Part shown: positions 13,140 to 20,875 of the stretch, in pieces | Layout of the letters: every line of letters starts with the position of its first letter | How positions within the stretch are numbered: position 1 is the stretch's first letter | Position numbers and translations under genes: made by a program | The notes under the pieces: model-generated | Told to the model about the DNA's origin: nothing | The model's input: the letters and a program-made list of their open reading frames with translations, nothing else | Database searches by the model: none | Assembly: GCF_000002075.1 (NCBI RefSeq) | Contig: NW_004797407.1 | Location: forward strand, 1,055,061 to 1,088,783 | Length of the DNA stretch: 33,723 bases | Source: Aplysia californica | Taxonomy: Eukaryota | Reading direction: 5' to 3'

Positions 13140-15193
13140 CTTCTTCTTCTCGATCGCATCACACTTGAAGTCTGGTATATGTCTTAAATTGGGCCGTCCT
13201 GCTCAGTTCATCTGTCAGCCGATATAGCTTCTCTTGTAGCGTCAGTGGGGTTGGCCACGTTTCCTGTCTCAGGGACCTGTGTGTCTTGCAGTGCTGAAGG
13301 ATGTGTTTAACAGTTTAGTCCGCCTCTCCACGCTGGCATTTTGGTGATTGTACATCTGTACATATGATGTCTCTGTCTGTGTGTTGTGTTCTTAGTCAGA
13401 AGATAATCACTTGTTCTTNNNNNNNNNNNNNNNNNNNNNNNNNNNNNNNNNNNNNNNNNNNNNNNNNNNNNNNNNNNNNNNNNNNNNNNNNNNNNNNNNN
13501 NNNNNNNNNNNNNNNNNNNNNNNNNNNNNNNNNNNNNNNNNNNNNNNNNNNNNNNNNNNNNNNNNNNNNNNNNNNNNNNNNNNNNNNNCACTATCTTCCC
13601 CAGATACCCTGTGTCAGAGAATGCCCAGAGGTCGCGGTGCACGGAGAGGCTGGAGTCGCTCGCACAGCACAAGGGTTACCACAAGGTCAGGTTACTGTCT
13701 TTTATTCATCTAGTCTTTCTTCCTCCCTTCTCCTTTTCCTCCTCTTTGTACACCTTCTCCTTCTCCTACTCTCTGTCCTCCTTCTTCCTCCTTCTCCTTC
13801 TCTTCCTCTTTTTCCACCTTCTTCTTCTTCTTCTCCTTTTTGTCCTCTTTCCTCCTCCTTCCTCCTTCGTCCTCCTCCTTCTCCTTCTCTTTGTCCACCT
13901 CCATCATACCTTTTCCTAGCTTTCCCCTCAATATGATTCCACCTCGTCGTGACATGTACCTTATTGGTCTTAAATATTGATTAATCTGACAAAAGAGTTT
14001 ATTTCGTTTGAATTTTGTTTTTTGAAGCAGGCTGGAGGATTTTGTTTCTACTAGCAGATCTTTCATGCTTCATGGATAGGGTGTCCAATGTCATTTCTTA
14101 TAGGTTCTTTTGTTTTTTAATGTAGGTGTATTTACGCCCCTCTCGACGCAGTTTCGATCATTTAGAAGGCAGTCTTCCAACCATCCCTATCAAATCGACC
14201 CAGGCTGAGAGGGATAAAACACCCAGCAGAAAGACCAAGATACTCGATAAAAAATGTTTTTCCGTTCACAAATCAAACTCTGCAAACTCTGGTCTGCTGT
14301 GTACGAGAGGGAAGTGCCTAACAGCTATACAGGCGCCGGTTTTCTGTCTTTGAAGCAGACTAGGGCATTCTAATGCGTCTAGCAAGTTTTTCATGTTTCA
14401 CGGAGAGAGGGTTCAGTGTTGAATATTATGGATTATTATGAATAGAGAAAAGTTCTTTACTTTGAAATGTGTTCTGTCCTCCTTTTCCTCCCCCTCCTCC
14501 TCCTCTTTGTCCTGTCCTCCACCTCCTCTTTGTCCTGTCCTCCACCTCTTCCATCTCCTTTTCCTCCTTGTCTTCCTCCTCATCCTCCTGAACAGATGGT
14601 TTTTGCTCCTCCTCCCCCACCTCCTGAACTGATAGTCACTGCTGCTCTTTGTCTTCCTTCTCTTTGTTGTGTTCTCCTCCTCCTTAACTTGTTGTGTTCT
14701 CCTACTCTTCTCTTTTCCCTCGTTCACTCTTCTTCCTCCTCCTCCTCCTCCTCCTCCTCCTCCTTGTTCTTCTTCCTCCTCCTCTTCTTCCTTGTTGTGT
14801 CCTCCTACTCCTTCTCCTCGTTCACTCCTCCTCCTTCTCCTCGTCCTTCTCCTCGTCCTTCTCCTCGTCCTTCTCCTCCTCCTTCTCCTCCTCCTCCTCC
14901 CCCTGAAGTTCTGGTCACCCTAGCCTGTATGTGTGTGTGTGTCTGCTGGGTGACAGGAGTTCAAGGACGAGCGCCCGATCCAGTGGGAAGTGTCGCAGGA
15001 AGCCATCGAGGCCATCGCGTCCTTGAGACTACAACAGCTGGCTCGCCCACGCAGCCGGACCATGATCAAGGACGACTACGACCCCTACAAGGTCTCGCCC
15101 TCAGCCAAAAAGACGCGGGCAACACCCAGACTGGAAGAACTCTGTCTGCCTATACCGAGGAAAGTCCGTCAAAAGAAAGCTCTTGGAACGTAG
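890..15193 (+). CDS. THEG-repeat (testicular haploid expressed gene / sperm microtubule-associated protein 2-like) protein, 7 coding exons: 890-905, 7368-7431, 9195-9259, 10705-10771, 11816-12052, 13604-13685, 14957-15193; 768 nt, 255 aa
   Basis: Hand-spliced. Every intron is GT..AG, the phases (1,2,1,2,2,0) are compatible and the joined frame is open: MATRTEILRIDTLARPKRLPAEYRDDRRSVYWVERE...RPTPIWPVASGAMSAQPSSRITQLSQHR...ASERLEQLATPK...RPIQWEVSQEAIEAIASLRLQQLARPR...RLEELCLPIPRKVRQKKALGT*. The recurring 'W.V...A....S.R+..LA.PK' motif is characteristic of THEG repeats (recognised from memory, not searched). Exon 1 is the least certain. Confidence 0.85.
1445..1822 (+). repeat. Tandem duplication of a ~190-bp unit containing (TCTAGA)n
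   Basis: TGCGT.TGTTTGAGTTTAACTTTA...TGTTCCAGC.CATATA...(TCTAGA)n...AAATAGCTTCAAACATACATA occurs twice head to tail. Confidence 0.85.
2378..2559. mobile_element. Small Tc1/mariner-like MITE (~180 bp), copy 1
   Basis: Right end GACAGGTTTGACTG|TA and a degenerate left end AGTTTAACCTG. TACAAACAACCACTTCCCA and CCTCGACAATGG blocks are shared with 8407-8592 and 3497-4107. Confidence 0.65.
3497..4107. mobile_element. Small Tc1/mariner-like MITE, copy 2, split by a nested insertion
   Basis: The left half (GTCACCTGTACAAACG, before 3600) and right half (CCTCGACAATTG...CTGTCTTGAACAGTTTTGATTG, after 4010) flank the TGTG-family copy. Confidence 0.6.
3601..4010 (+). mobile_element. TGTG...CACA family element, diverged and 3'-eroded, nested in a Tc1-like MITE
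   Basis: CATCGTGGTGATAGCGGGCGCTCGTCCAAACAATGAAA, GCCATTTTCTCACTTATTTGACCTCTGAAAC and TTCAAGATAGATGG blocks are shared with the other copies. Confidence 0.78.
4590..4760 (-). mobile_element. Degenerate tRNA-derived SINE fragment
   Basis: Minus strand TAGCTCAGTTG (A box) and GGTTTGAATCCC (B box) at tRNA-like spacing; no complete cloverleaf. Confidence 0.55.
7124..7297 (+). repeat. Compound microsatellite (TTA)n-(TTC)n-(TCC)n
   Basis: Directly visible. Confidence 0.95.
7368..7431 (+). CDS. THEG-like exon 2 (ILRIDTLARPKRLPAEYRDDR)
   Basis: tccacag| acceptor and AG|gtaggc donor; contains the RIxxLARPK repeat motif; absent from the ORF track in this frame. Confidence 0.85.
7556..7931 (+). mobile_element. 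TGTG...CACA family element, diverged copy with an internal deletion
   Basis: CGTCGTGGTAAAACC start; GCCATTTTCTTGC, TTCAAGGTAGATGG and CCCCAAAATTGACGAATGCCC blocks. Confidence 0.75.
8123..8181 (+). repeat. (TG)n microsatellite
   Basis: Directly visible. Confidence 0.95.
8407..8592. mobile_element. Small Tc1/mariner-like MITE, copy 3
   Basis: AACCTGCTTTAAC ... GGTCACCTGTACAAACAACCACTTCCCA ... CCTCGACAATGGG ... GACAGTTTCAATTA. Confidence 0.6.
9195..9259 (+). CDS. THEG-like exon 3 (RSVYWVEREPLRCGPDGHTVV)
   Basis: tttttttcttccag| acceptor and G|gtcagt donor; joins exon 2 to give DDRRSVYW. Confidence 0.85.
10705..10771 (+). CDS. THEG-like exon 4 (AATPRVIELSRHKTVVGAWRPHR)
   Basis: ttcctttccctcag| acceptor and AG|gtgagt donor; repeat motif TPRVIELSRHK. 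Confidence 0.85.
11158..11465 (+). mobile_element. piggyBac-type MITE / deletion derivative (308 bp)
   Basis: TTAA|CTCCTTGAGCCCT ... AGGGCTCAAAGGG|TTAA: TTAA TSD and an 11/13-matching TIR of CCCTT type. Confidence 0.75.
11816..12052 (+). CDS. THEG-like exon 5 (PTPIWPV...RITQLSQHR...ASERLEQLATPK...WGYT)
   Basis: CACTAAT branch-like site plus a pyrimidine tract and tag| acceptor; AC|gtgagt donor; GC-rich codon usage; two THEG repeats. Confidence 0.9.
12055..12340 (+). mobile_element. tRNA-derived SINE
   Basis: A-box-like TGGAAAGCATGG, B-box-like GGTTCTAGCC and a central CCAGCTGTAATGGGTACC...GGGGAAGTAAAGACGGCG block typical of invertebrate SINEs. The 3' end is approximate. Confidence 0.7.
12635..12697 (+). 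repeat. (TG)n microsatellite
   Basis: Directly visible. Confidence 0.95.
12715..12802 (+). mobile_element. LINE 3' end remnant with a (TCTTA)n tail (Rex/CR1-like)
   Basis: GACAATAAAG directly followed by ~7 imperfect TCTTA repeats. Confidence 0.45.
12887..13098 (+). mobile_element. TGTG...CACA family element, 5' half only
   Basis: GGCATCGTGGCGAAATCAGGCGCTCGTCAAAATAAT through TTTAGTTTCCAAGG, then replaced by (ATT)n. Confidence 0.78.
13604..13685 (+). CDS. THEG-like exon 6 (YPVSENAQRSRCTERLESLAQHKGYHK)
   Basis: tcttccccag| acceptor and AAG|gtcagg donor; one THEG repeat. Confidence 0.88.
13713..13930 (+). repeat. Degenerate (TCC/TTC)n polypyrimidine tract
   Basis: Directly visible; intronic. 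Confidence 0.9.
14472..14904 (+). repeat. Degenerate (TCC/TTC)n polypyrimidine tract
   Basis: Directly visible; ends ~50 bp before the last THEG-like exon. Confidence 0.9.
14957..15193 (+). CDS. THEG-like terminal exon (EFKDERPIQWEVS...KKALGT*)
   Basis: gacag| acceptor in phase 0; two THEG repeats; TAG stop at 15191-15193. Confidence 0.9.
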   Translation, partial: EFKDERPIQWEVSQEAIEAIASLRLQQLARPRSRTMIKDDYDPYKVSPSAKKTRATPRLEELCLPIPRKVRQKKALGT

Positions 15194-15430
15194 GCAGAAG
15201 AAGGAAGTTCGATTACCCTCATGTGATATTTATAGTAGCTCCCTAAAGGTTTCGGAAGAATATTATTGTGAACTCAGTGTTACATTTATTTATTTTTATA
15301 TGTTTCGATTTTTTTTTTTAATCTGTCAAGTTTAGGAAAAAAAATTGTTGGAAGCTAAACGTTTGCTTATACTTACCCTATAAAATGACAAAAATTATCA
15401 AAAACTTGGTGTCTCAGTTTGAACTAGATA

Positions 15431-15468
15431 AATAAAAAAATGTTATATTTAAAATGGAAAATAATAAA
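15431..15468 (+). terminator. Candidate polyadenylation signals (AATAAA at 15431 and 15463) of the THEG-like gene
   Basis: AATAAA hexamers about 240-270 nt after the stop codon. The AT-rich context weakens this call. Confidence 0.35.
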
Positions 15469-16052
15469 TAAAAATGTTCTCTTATGTTAAATGATCCTAA
15501 AGAGTTACATATTTCCGTTTATGTAAAACACTCTAAAATATGATATAAGACAAAATTTGCAAAAGTTTTTCTTGAGATCTGCTTTAGTTCGGTATCCTTA
15601 TGCTCGTAGGCAAATACTCATGACGTCTTAAAATGAGTAGCTTCTAACTTTCCTTGTACCATTTCCGAACATTTCTGCTATCTGAAGATTATCGAGTCTC
15701 ACCATTGATGGGTTGGGTCTATCTTGAGAACGGTCTACATTGAATCAATATGATGTGCATCACTTTTGTTATATTTTAAATCAACACATTCAATCCGTTT
15801 GCCATATTTTTCAGTATTTTGAAAAATCATTTAATTTTAGGTTTTTGCTTTGATATAATAATCCTAAATGTATCATGTTATAACCTGTATTTTGATGCTC
15901 CATCAGTATTTTCTCAAAGTAATCGGTATTATTCAGGAATGTAAATGCTTTTCATTTTTTGTCAGTATGCCGTGCTAGTATTGTTCGCGAACTTCATAAG
16001 CTCTGCCGAAGCTTTGCGTCACTTTTGCTTTTTAAAAAAACATACAAGAATA

Positions 16053-16476
16053 TGTGAGGCAGCGTGGTGAAATCAGGCGCTGGTAAAAATAATGTAAGTA
16101 AAGAAATTTGCATATTTGCATAGGTTTGGGAATTTTTATCGAATATTTGTTTTTTGGTTCAACATCTTTTATGCCCATTAAAGGACACATTTCTGTGTGC
16201 ACTTTACTGAAAAACGTTGATTAGAGGCATAAAAGATGTAAGTTTTCAGTTTCCAAGGACTCTCCAGTTAAGGAAATAACTCATTTTCTTGCTTATTTTA
16301 CCTCTGAAACGAGGCAATCCCCACATCCTTCAATCGCCAATATCTTGACTTGTAGTCAAGATAAATGGATATTTTTTCCATCAAAAGCAAGGCACATGGA
16401 CAGGCTGTAAGATAATATCAATAACTCCATATGCCCTAAAATTGATGAACACCTGATTTCACCGTGTCATGACACA
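16053..16476 (+). mobile_element. TGTG...CACA family element, full-length copy
   Basis: Same ends (TGTGAGGCAGCGTGGTGAAATCAGGCGC ... CCTGATTTCACCGTGTCATGACACA) and the internal TTTACCTCTGAAAC block. Confidence 0.85.
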
Positions 16477-17612
16477 TTTGTTCTCAAAAACAGTGAAGTC
16501 ATCTCTATGTGCTGGCTCACTGTAAGGAAAACACATCTGGTGGAAGTTTTATTCGAGTCCATCCAGCTTGAAAATGTGAGAATCGTTTTTGTGGAAAGGT
16601 TTTTGTCATAGTGATACATGTTCAGTGATATAGGACACTGTATCCCTGAAGTCTCTGCTGTCAAATTTTTATATTTGTGGAGACAAAGTCTTGATGTCTT
16701 TTCTGTTCTTGGGATAAAGTATACGGAGAAAAAATTGACAGGTTCATGATCTGTTAGTGTGATTTCCTGTAGGTTGAGGCTTGACATTAAATTTAATCAG
16801 CTACCAATAGCTCTTACTTTGACAAAAGAATTCAGTATTAATAGAGATACTACAACATTGAGCAGTATTGAATAACAATTTATCCTACAGTATTAAATTG
16901 TCACGACTTATTTTACAGTGTAATAAATTGATCAAATATCTGCAATTTTTTTGCGCACCCCGACAGAGTTCCTCTCACAGCCCTGCTTTTTGCCTGTAAT
17001 TTCAACAGGAGACTTGTTCTAAAAGTGCCCGATTCATGACTTTGCTGGAAATATCAGTTTAGCAAATGAAGTTCCACTGTGATGAAACAATGCATAATGC
17101 ATGTAAATTCACATAGATGGGAATTCCATGTGTATGTATTAAATAATCAGTAGGCCTAGTATAGGCTTTTTTTCCTTCAAATTTTGCTGTTGACTCTGTG
17201 ATGCATATTTGGGTTCCTTACAGTATTATTCAAATCTGTGATATTTCAAAGGAAAATAACTCAGACAAGATATTTTATTCTAGCCTGTGACAGTATTATC
17301 CTTGTGATTATTCAGTATTACCTGTGCTTTTTTATTGTACATTTGCTAAATGCACTTTCATTTGTTTCTTGCCTGCTTCCATTTTAGTTGGCTGATTTTT
17401 TAATCAGTATTTTCTTTAAACTGCACTTTTTATGTTTATTGTTTATGATAATATCTGGTGTATGGTTCCATGGATATATGTCAGTCGATGAATTTTGTGT
17501 CCTAAATGTCATGTCTTAATGTTCATGTTGCTCAGAAATGTACAATGTTAGTTGTCTTTCAGATGAAAGATGTATAATTGTCCATGTATTGTCATTTTGG
17601 GAGCATAATATA

Positions 17613-18052
17613 TGTGAGGCAGCGTGGTTAAATCGGGCGCTTGTCAAAATAATGAAAGTGAAGAAACAGGCATTTTTGCAGCAGGTTTTGAAATTTTTTA
17701 TCGAATTTTTGTATTTTGGTACAACACCTTTCATGCCCAAAAAAGAAGACATTTCTGTGTGGGTTTCACTGAAAAATGTTGATTCAAGGCACAAAAATGT
17801 AAATGTTCAGTTCCACGGACTCTCAAGCTAAGGAAATGACTATCTTTGATCGCCATTTTCTCAGTATTTTTACCTCTGAAACAAGGTGACCCCCCACCTC
17901 CTTCATTCGCAAATATCTCAACTTCTTTTCAAGATAGACAGGTTGTTTTTTTTTCACCAAGAGCAAGACAAATGGACAAGCAATCAGGCACTACCACTAA
18001 TACCACATGCCCAAAAATTGACGAGCGCCTGATTCCACCGTGCCGTGACACA
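17613..18052 (+). mobile_element. ~430-bp unclassified non-autonomous element (TGTG...CACA family), full-length copy
   Basis: TGTGAGGCAGCGTGGTTAAATCGGGCGCTTGTCAAAA ... TTTT-complementary end AAAATTGACGAGCGCCTGATTCCACCGTGCCGTGACACA (subterminal inverted repeat); alignable by eye with five other copies. Confidence 0.85.
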
Positions 18053-19522
18053 TGTGAGTTTTATTTTAAGTAACAGTTTTACTCACTCGAAACACGAATA
18101 AGTCGTATAAGACAAGTGCGGAAGATTAAAGGTGTTGCGAGTAGCATTCAAAGAAAAGAAAGAGGAATGATAAAGATGATGTATGTTTGATACCCGCCAA
18201 CCATCCACCATGATATTTGAGAAAAAAGCACAATTTTATCACTAACATCTGTTTATGTCGTCGACAGTTTGGTTCCCGTAAGGGAAAGTCTGTTCTGTCC
18301 AGTATCTCTGTCTGTTACACTCATTGATAGTCAGTCGGTATTGCATGAGTCTCGTGGCAAGGTAGCTGAAATGCTGTTATGTTACCAACACCAACAATGA
18401 AATCAGTGAAATCATTTTTGTGTACTTGTATAAAGTAAGTTAATTGTATAAAGTACATAAGTGAGCAGGGCTGGCTAATTTTATAGGGGGGGGGGGGGTC
18501 AGAAATATGCCAAGAAGTTAAGCAAAGAGCAGTAATAGTCCTTTCAGTTTCAACTGCTATTTCACTTGTTTGAAGAATTCTGTTATTTCATATTGCTTTC
18601 TCTTTGAATAAGTTCATGTTTTTTGTGCTGTAGTCTTCACATATATACCTTCCTGTTTGGTTTGCTGTGCTGCGTGTTATGTATGTACAGAATGTGCAAT
18701 ACAAACTGTCTCCACGTATTGGATGTTTTTGTTTATTTTATTTCTTGTTGCTTTCTCAAAGATGGTCTTATTTGCATCTAGACAGATGATCTAAAATCAG
18801 TGTGCACATCGGTGAGGGGGCTCGGTGCATCAGAAAAGCTGTAGAGAGAAAGACCTCAAAACAGCGACGCGTTCTCTCCTGATGATCTCCACGCTAGAGT
18901 CTGGGATATAGAGCTTTCCTCTGTGAGCATCGCATAAAGCTGTTTTAGACTATGCATGATATAGCTTTGTATGGGATGCAGACATGGAGGAAGTAAATCA
19001 TCTCCAAGTACTGCTTCCCTCCCTTCAGATCTTGTCTTTCTCAACACAATCGGGCATGGATAACAAGAACACAGAAAACTCAAAATCACTGACGCAGGAC
19101 GCATCGTACAAACTGCCTTTCCCCGTCTGATATTTTTGTAATATTTAACACCACTTAACCGGAATAATGGATATATCTTACACATTTTTGTCAATCCTGG
19201 ACGCATTTCAAAAGAGAGACACGGTCAATCGTTTGGAACGAAAAAAGGCGTAAAGGTGAATGAAGGTGTGTCTGGCTATTTTACAGGTGTGATAGGGCGA
19301 TATCCTTTATGGAAGGAACATTTCCAATTTGCTCAGGTGGCTGCCTAACGACTTATTATTATTCTTCGTCAATTTTCAACCACCAACCGATCTTTAACAT
19401 GCACAATGTGCACAGGGGAACTGCAAGATTGTTTGCCCATATCTGAAAAGACTCGGTTCGATGCTCAAACTTACACCAACCATGCTATACTATACTATGC
19501 TATGCTATGCTACGCTATGCTC

Positions 19523-20010
19523 TCTCGTGGCAAAGAGGTTACAGTGTTGGCATCTCATTCAAAGGTCCCGGGTTCAAATCCGGGTAGCCACGCACACTTT
19601 TTTTCCTCTAAAATTATCTCCTTTCATCTACTTTCCTGCTCTCTGGCAATATTCTGTCGTCTGCTTTCGTCTCCACTTTCTGCCCCCACCTTGTCACCTC
19701 CCTTGCGCCCTCCTCTGGGCTCCTGACTCTTTCTGCAGCCTTTCCGCTGCTTCTCCTTGGCTCCGTCTTACTGCTGTCTTTCTGCATATAGCCTTCTCAG
19801 ACAAGGGCAAAAAATCTCGGAGGTCCCGTTTGCAATTTGCGCACGTTAAGTTGAAGATCCCTTGGTGGTCCAAAATCGATAAGAGTAGGTTTCGGCCGGC
19901 ACCGGGGCAAAATTCAAAATGTCCTACCTACTGAAAATGTTAAGTGTGTCTCGCGCGCTCATATGACCTTGTGCAGTCACTTACCCAAAAAAACCACCCC
20001 AACTATAGGC
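19523..20010 (+). mobile_element. tRNA-derived SINE with a Deu/Nin-like central domain
   Basis: A box TGGCAAAGAGG and B box GGTTCAAATCC at 19528-19581. GGAGGTCCCG...GCACGTTAAG..GAAGATCCC...AAGAGTAGG at ~19818-19890 resembles the Deu/Nin domain (from memory). Runs into a gap. Confidence 0.65.
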
Positions 20011-20273
20011 CTAGNNNNNNNNNNNNNNNNNNNNNNNNNNNNNNNNNNNNNNNNNNNNNNNNNNNNNNNNNNNNNNNNNNNNNNNNNNNNNNNNNNNNNN
20101 NNNNNNNNNNNNNNNNNNNNNNNNNNNNNNNNNNNNNNNNNNNNNNNNNNNNNNNNNNNNNNNNNNNNNNNNNNNNNNNNNNNNNNNNNNNAGTCATGGT
20201 CAAAAGAGGCTGGATGGTGTCAGTAAAAATGTATGAGTATATATTTTATATAGTTCGTTCAATACAGTGAATA

Positions 20274-20875
20274 TCATGGGGCATTTATAATATTATCTTG
20301 TCTACACAAACAGATAGGGCAGTTGTCTGCCCCTAGTGTGATCCCCACGTCACACGGCGAGACACAACGTGTTGGAGGGCACGTCTGCAAGTTGCGTTCT
20401 GTCGTTGTCATGGTAACGACGGTGGACGTTGGCCTTCTTGTGGCTGGTGATTGTTTTGTCGTTTTCTCCGAGACTGTCGCCGTCTGTTCAGATGGTTGGT
20501 TGGAGGTTTTCCAGGTAGGAGTTTTTGAATGTGCAGCTTTCGTAGTAATGGTAGATAGATTCTTCTGTCCGCCATTTTGTGCCGCGATGAGATCTGTCAT
20601 TGTGAAATCATCCCGAATGACGTCATCATTCGTTGTGTCTGTAGGGCCGAAGACGTTGCCTGTTGTCTTTGGGAAGTTAGTTGAGGCTTGTGAGGTCAAG
20701 GTCAGAGAGCTCGAGGAGAGAATGTCGCTGTTTGTCATAGCCTGACTCTTCGCTGGCACACGAGTCGTTACTGGCACGTTCTGTTTGTTGTCATTGCTGC
20801 TGGTGTTGTCGCTGTTGTTATTGCTGCTGCTGTTGGTATCAGCTGAGGTTCGACCAGAGGGTACAGCTGTGTCTC
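20274..20875 (-). CDS. Mucin/antistasin-like gene terminal exon (GDTAVPSG...CPPTRCVSPCDVGITLGADNCPICLCRQDNIINAP*)
   Basis: tttctacggtccacag| acceptor in phase 1; 200 open codons including the stop; Thr-rich; C-terminal module with canonical antistasin spacing. Confidence 0.82.

Noticed and set aside
13364-15246. Poly-Leu/Pro/Ser/Glu ORFs (also at 7063-7383, 27420-27718 and 32757-33215)
   Set aside because: They are translations of microsatellite and polypyrimidine tracts in introns. The real exons use other frames or only part of the ORF.
19523-19595. Possible tRNA gene (also at 12055-12135 and 4690-4760)
   Set aside because: A and B boxes are present, but there is no consistent acceptor stem or cloverleaf, and the sequence continues into SINE-like body.
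20404-20417. X-box-like GTTGTCATGGTAAC (and GTTGTTATGGAAAC near 21882)
   Set aside because: Both lie inside Thr-rich coding exons and are explained by codon content (V-T-M-T-T; V-S-I-T-T); no promoter context.
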